Source: an uncultured Erysipelotrichaceae bacterium | GTDB taxonomy: Bacteria > Bacillota_I > Bacilli_A > RF39 > UBA660 | Assembly: GCA_902801825.1 (NCBI GenBank) | Contig: CADCJS010000001.1 | Coordinates: forward strand, 40,872 to 104,871 | Direction of reading: 5' to 3' | DNA: 64,000 bases | Part shown: piece by piece, positions 59,669-64,000 of the stretch | Layout of the letters: every line of letters begins with the position of its first letter | Position numbering within the stretch: the first letter of the stretch is position 1 | The notes under the pieces: generated by a model | What the model saw: the letters and a program-made list of their open reading frames with translations, nothing else | The model's database searches: none | What the model was told of the DNA's origin: nothing | Program-made: the position numbers and the translations under genes

Positions 59669-59837
59669 ATTAAATAGTAAAGTAATAATGAAAAAAGATC
59701 ATCCTTGTGGTACTAATCTATGGTTGATAACTAGGGTTGGTATTGATATTAAGATAAAATGTATTAATTGTAATAGAGAAATAATGCTTCCTAGAATTGA
59801 ATTTGAAAAGAAATTAAAAAAGGTTGTGGAGGAATAA
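59649..59837 (+). CDS. DUF951 (YyzM-like) small protein
   Basis: 62 aa with HPCG...W...CxxC pattern. The position between spo0J and ychF matches Bacillus yyzM. Confidence 0.65.
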   Translation: MMEKKYKLNSKVIMKKDHPCGTNLWLITRVGIDIKIKCINCNREIMLPRIEFEKKLKKVVEE

Positions 59838-59838
59838 A

Positions 59839-61350
59839 ATGAACGAAAAGGATAATAAAAAAAGTATTCATTTAATTTGGTTTTATATAATTTTAATAGT
59901 ATTAACAGTATTCTTTAGTGCATTATTTTCATTATTAAAATTACAAACTGTGGATTATACAGTATCTTCAAATTTAAGAACTGTATCATCTATTTCTACA
60001 GTTAATTCATTGTTTACTAGAACAGGTTTTAGATATATTATTTCTGAAGGAATAAATAATTTATTATCATATTTTCCTTTAGGAACAACTATAATAGGTT
60101 TAATAGGTATTGGATTTGCCATTAAATCTGGATTTTTAAAGGCAATAATTGAAAAAATAAATAAAATATTACCTAGAAAAGTTGCTTTCTTTGTATTTTC
60201 ATTATTATGTATTGTAATGGGATTTTCTTCTGATTTAGCATTTATAATAATGATACCAGCATCAGTTGTATTATTTAGTGAATACAAACGTAGTCAATTA
60301 GTTGGAATGACTTTTGCTTTTGTATCAGTTGCAGCAGGAAGTAATATTAATTTATTCATAACATCACTTGATTACAGTATTATAGAAATAGCTAAACCAG
60401 CTGTTAAAATATTAGATTCAAATTATAGTTATGTATATAATGGTAATTTATTCTTTATTGTAGTATCAACTTTATTGCTTGCTTTATTACTTACAATAAT
60501 AACTGAATTAATAATTAGAACAAAACCTGTTAGAATAGTTGAAGAAGAACAAATAGATGAAAAAATAAAAAATAAAGCATTAAAAAAATCATTTGTTGCA
60601 TTCTTTATCTTAGTAATAATTTTTGTATATTCAATAATACCTAATTTACCATTCTCTGGTATATTATTAGATGATACACAAGCATTATATGTTAATAGAT
60701 TATTTGGCATTAATTCACCATTTGTAGAAGGAATATTATTTATCGCATCATTTACTTTAGTTATTTGTAGTACTATTTATGGACTTATTACTAAACAAAT
60801 TAAAAATGATAAAGATATTGTAAAATTATTTAATGGTAGTTTAAATGGTATAGGAGAAATGCTTGTATTATTATTCTTCTCAGCAGAGTTTATTGCATTG
60901 TTTAAGTATACAAATATAGGTAATGTTATTTCATCATTACTATTTAATGTTATTAAAAATGGTCAATTTTCTTTTGGCATCTTAATTGGTTTTTCATTCC
61001 TATTTGTATTAATATCAAATATGTTCCTAACTTCATTTGCAAGTAAATGGACTTTATTTGTTCCTGGAATTATGCCATTATTTATGAAATCAAATATGAC
61101 ACCTGAATTTGCAGGAGCTGTGTTTAGATTAGCAAGTTCAGCTAGTAATATAATTACACCATTATTCCCATATTTTGCTGTATATTTAGGATTTATTGCA
61201 ATTTATAGTAAGAATAATTTTAATCTTAAAAATGTGTATAAATTATTACTACCATATTTTATTTCGGTAACACTTTTATTTTTATTTATAATATTTAGTT
61301 GGTATATTTTAAATATTCCAATTGGACCAAATATTTATCCCACAATTTAA
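59839..61350 (+). CDS. AbgT-family transporter
   Basis: About 500 aa, polytopic. The N-terminal region (FRYIISEGINNL...PLGTTIIGLIGIGFAIKSGF) resembles AbgT/MtrF proteins. ATG after GGAGGA. Confidence 0.6.
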   Translation: MNEKDNKKSIHLIWFYIILIVLTVFFSALFSLLKLQTVDYTVSSNLRTVSSISTVNSLFTRTGFRYIISEGINNLLSYFPLGTTIIGLIGIGFAIKSGFLKAIIEKINKILPRKVAFFVFSLLCIVMGFSSDLAFIIMIPASVVLFSEYKRSQLVGMTFAFVSVAAGSNINLFITSLDYSIIEIAKPAVKILDSNYSYVYNGNLFFIVVSTLLLALLLTIITELIIRTKPVRIVEEEQIDEKIKNKALKKSFVAFFILVIIFVYSIIPNLPFSGILLDDTQALYVNRLFGINSPFVEGILFIASFTLVICSTIYGLITKQIKNDKDIVKLFNGSLNGIGEMLVLLFFSAEFIALFKYTNIGNVISSLLFNVIKNGQFSFGILIGFSFLFVLISNMFLTSFASKWTLFVPGIMPLFMKSNMTPEFAGAVFRLASSASNIITPLFPYFAVYLGFIAIYSKNNFNLKNVYKLLLPYFISVTLLFLFIIFSWYILNIPIGPNIYPTI

Positions 61351-61425
61351 AAAGATATTTTATATCTTTTTTTATTGATAAATATTTATCTATATATTAT
61401 AATGATTATATAATAGGAGGAAGTT

Positions 61426-62691
61426 ATGAAGTGTAATAATTGTGGAAATGAAATATTGGAGAATAGTAAATTTTGTCCAAACTGTGGCACACCAGTAAGT
61501 GTTGTGCAAAATAATGACGAGATTAAAAAAACAATAAGTAATGAAAATTCTCAAAATGTTTCAAATAACAATGAAAATAGTATTGATAATATTGAGACTG
61601 TAGAAAGTTCTGCGTTTGTGAATAGTAATAATGATATATCAAATAATAATATAGAACAAGTAGTAGATAATAATATCAATAATCAAACTGATGTCCAATT
61701 ACAAACAAATGATTCTGTTATAAATAATGGGTTAAATCAAAGTGTTGAAGAACCTATTACATCAAATACTGAAATAAATTCAATACAACCAAATACAAAT
61801 CAAGTTAACGAGCAACCAATTGTTTATGAACAACCTAGTACAAATATTGTGAATAATAATAAAGAAAATAATTCAACTAATATTATTAGTGATAATAATG
61901 CAAGTATTTCTTCGAATAAAAAAGAAAAAACTATAGGATATGTTATCCTTGGATTCTTATTACCTTTAGTTGGTTTAATAGTATTCTTTGCTATTAGAAA
62001 AGATAAACCTAAAAGTGCTAAAGCATCTTTAATAGGTGCTATTATTAGTTTTGTTTTATCTATTATTATTTCAGTTATCTTAACAGTATTACCTATAATA
62101 AAAGGTGTTAACTCACTTTCAGGTAATAATATTATAACTACAAATTCAACAGTTAATTCAAAAACAACTACAACAAATACTATAAATAATAATTGGAAAG
62201 ATTATACTATTTCAATTAATGGTAAAACATTGTCATTACCAGTTTCATATGAAGAATTAAAAAATGCATCAGGATTTTCAATTAAATCTGTATATGATAA
62301 TACTACTATACCTACAAAACATTATGTTTTAGCAAATTTGTATAAAGATGATAAATTAGCAGTTTCAGTTGAATTAACAAATAAAACTGATAGTGATTTA
62401 AAATATGTTGATAGTAGTGTCACTAGAATATCTCAAGATAAATTTAGTACAGAACAAACTGGTATAGAAAATGTAATTTTTCCTGGAAATTTAAAAACAG
62501 GAATGAATATTACAAAAGAAGAAATATTTAAATTATTTGGAGAAATAGAAGTTAAGGAATATAAATCAGATAATTATGTTAGTGAAACTTATAAGTATAC
62601 TTCTGATGATACATGGAAAACATTAAATTATTATGAAATTAGAGTAGTAAATGGTGTAATTGATTCATTAACATTAGATCATAGAAATTAA
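61426..62691 (+). CDS. Zinc-ribbon membrane protein with Asn-rich linker and extracellular C-terminal domain
   Basis: N-terminal CNNCG...CPNCG zinc ribbon, two TM helices, C-terminal domain of unknown function. Confidence 0.6.
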   Translation: MKCNNCGNEILENSKFCPNCGTPVSVVQNNDEIKKTISNENSQNVSNNNENSIDNIETVESSAFVNSNNDISNNNIEQVVDNNINNQTDVQLQTNDSVINNGLNQSVEEPITSNTEINSIQPNTNQVNEQPIVYEQPSTNIVNNNKENNSTNIISDNNASISSNKKEKTIGYVILGFLLPLVGLIVFFAIRKDKPKSAKASLIGAIISFVLSIIISVILTVLPIIKGVNSLSGNNIITTNSTVNSKTTTTNTINNNWKDYTISINGKTLSLPVSYEELKNASGFSIKSVYDNTTIPTKHYVLANLYKDDKLAVSVELTNKTDSDLKYVDSSVTRISQDKFSTEQTGIENVIFPGNLKTGMNITKEEIFKLFGEIEVKEYKSDNYVSETYKYTSDDTWKTLNYYEIRVVNGVIDSLTLDHRN

Positions 62692-62791
62692 AAATAAAAA
62701 AGATATTTTATATCTTTTTTTATTTTTTAATAAATATTGATAATAATTTAATAAAATGTTATACTTTTTTAAGTGACTGAGAGGTGTTTTA

Positions 62792-63889
62792 ATGGGATTA
62801 AAAGCAGGAATAGTAGGACTTCCTAACGTTGGCAAATCAACATTATTTAATGCGATAACTAAAAAAAATATATTAGCAGCAAATTATCCATTTGCAACAA
62901 TTGATCCTAATGTAGGAATAGTTACTGTACCAGATAAAAGATTAGATGTGTTACAAGAAAGAGAAATTCCTAATCGTGTTGTTCCTACTTCTTTTGAGTT
63001 TACTGATATTGCAGGGTTAGTTAAAGGTGCTTCTAATGGTGAAGGTTTAGGTAATAAATTCTTATCTCATATAAGAGAAGTTGATGCAATATGTGAAGTA
63101 GTTAGATGTTTTGAAGATGATAATATTACTCATGTTGAAGGAAAAATTGATCCTTTAAGAGATATTGAAATAATAAATGTTGAATTAGTAATATCGGATT
63201 TAGAAATTGTTAATAATAGATTAAATAAGATTGAAAAGAAAGCTGTTACTACAAAAGATAAAGATGCATTATTTGAAGTTAACACATTAAAAAAATGTAT
63301 TGATTCTTTAGAAAAAAATATACCTTTAAGAAGATTAGAATTTACTGAAGAAGAAGATATAGTTTTAAAGAATTTTAATTTAATTACCAAAAAACCAATA
63401 ATATATATGGCTAATGTTAGTGAAAATGATATTTTAAATGGAAATGAATATGTAGATATAGTTAAAGATTATGCTTCTAAAGAAAATTCTAAAGTAGTTA
63501 TGTTATCTGCAAAAATAGAAAGTGAATTAAGTGAATTAAATGATGAAGACAAATTATTGTTTTTAGAAGATTTAGGAATTAATGAAAGTGGATTAGATAA
63601 ATTAATTAAGGCAACTTATGATTTATTAGGTTTAGCAACTTTCTTTACTGCAGGTAAAGACGAATGTAAAGCATGGACATTTAAAAAAGGAATGAAAGCA
63701 CCTCAATGTGCTGGAATTATTCATACTGATTTTGAAAAAGGATTTATAAAAGCAGAAGTAACATCATTTGAAGACTATTATAAATATGGTAGTGAAAAAG
63801 CTGCAAAAGAAAATGGAAAAATGAGATTAGAAGGTAAAGACTACATAATGCAAGATGGAGATATAGTATATTTTAGATTTAATGTATAA
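62792..63889 (+). CDS. ychF: Ribosome-binding ATPase YchF
   Basis: G1 GLPNVGKST, the NVSE variant G4 typical of YchF, and a C-terminal TGS-like domain. Confidence 0.95.
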   Translation: MGLKAGIVGLPNVGKSTLFNAITKKNILAANYPFATIDPNVGIVTVPDKRLDVLQEREIPNRVVPTSFEFTDIAGLVKGASNGEGLGNKFLSHIREVDAICEVVRCFEDDNITHVEGKIDPLRDIEIINVELVISDLEIVNNRLNKIEKKAVTTKDKDALFEVNTLKKCIDSLEKNIPLRRLEFTEEEDIVLKNFNLITKKPIIYMANVSENDILNGNEYVDIVKDYASKENSKVVMLSAKIESELSELNDEDKLLFLEDLGINESGLDKLIKATYDLLGLATFFTAGKDECKAWTFKKGMKAPQCAGIIHTDFEKGFIKAEVTSFEDYYKYGSEKAAKENGKMRLEGKDYIMQDGDIVYFRFNV

Positions 63890-64000
63890 AAAAAAGAATG
63901 TTACCATTCTTTTTTCTTATTTAAAAAAATAAATACACTTGAACCTATAAATACAAAACCAATCGCAGTTATATATAAAGATGTATAAGTTTTTTTAACA

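Overview
This is a very AT-rich Bacillota (Firmicutes) chromosome segment; I did not compute GC. It appears origin-proximal: mnmG-rsmG-noc lies at the left edge and soj-spo0J...ychF at the right. Sporulation markers (spoIIR, spoVG, yabP/yabQ, sigH) and an RNA polymerase delta subunit gene (rpoE) are present. The standard genetic code applies.

About 85% of the window is a co-oriented plus-strand backbone of housekeeping genes:
- argS, rpoE, prfA-prmC
- mrnC-rlmB-sigH-secE-nusG-rplKAJL-rpoBC
- tilS-ftsH
- rpsL-rpsG-fusA-tuf
- eno
- secG-rnr-smpB-ssrA
- cdaA-cdaR
- rplM-rpsI

Three parts are accessory and carry the interesting signal.

1. A roughly 1.7-kb islet with no integrase gene is inserted at the 3' end of rpsI. 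It is bounded by a 62/63-bp direct repeat that duplicates the last rpsI codons plus the rpsI terminator. It carries a frameshifted alpha/beta hydrolase gene. It also carries an unannotated candidate type I toxin-antitoxin module, with a 29-codon hydrophobic peptide on the minus strand (absent from the ORF track) and a convergent ~110-nt sRNA. Both transcripts have near-consensus promoters and intrinsic terminators. Two 12-nt inverted repeats would lock the 5' end of the toxin mRNA onto its own 3' end.

2. A self-contained, translationally coupled minus-strand operon spans 41838-47753. It encodes a 1552-aa surface protein and two small TasA/camelysin-like secreted proteins. The large protein has seven MBG-type repeats, one interrupted by a dockerin. 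The last small protein ends in a sortase-type QPKTG sorting signal. No sortase, SipW or cohesin gene lies in the window.

3. Two core translation proteins have unusual residues. EF-G reads NKMG instead of NKMD, with a co-varying change in the G5 motif. S12 reads KDLIGVRY instead of KDLPGVRY.

I saw no rRNA, tRNA, CRISPR array, transposase or integrase gene. The only structured RNA gene is tmRNA. All motif comparisons are from reading the sequence and from memory, with no database search.
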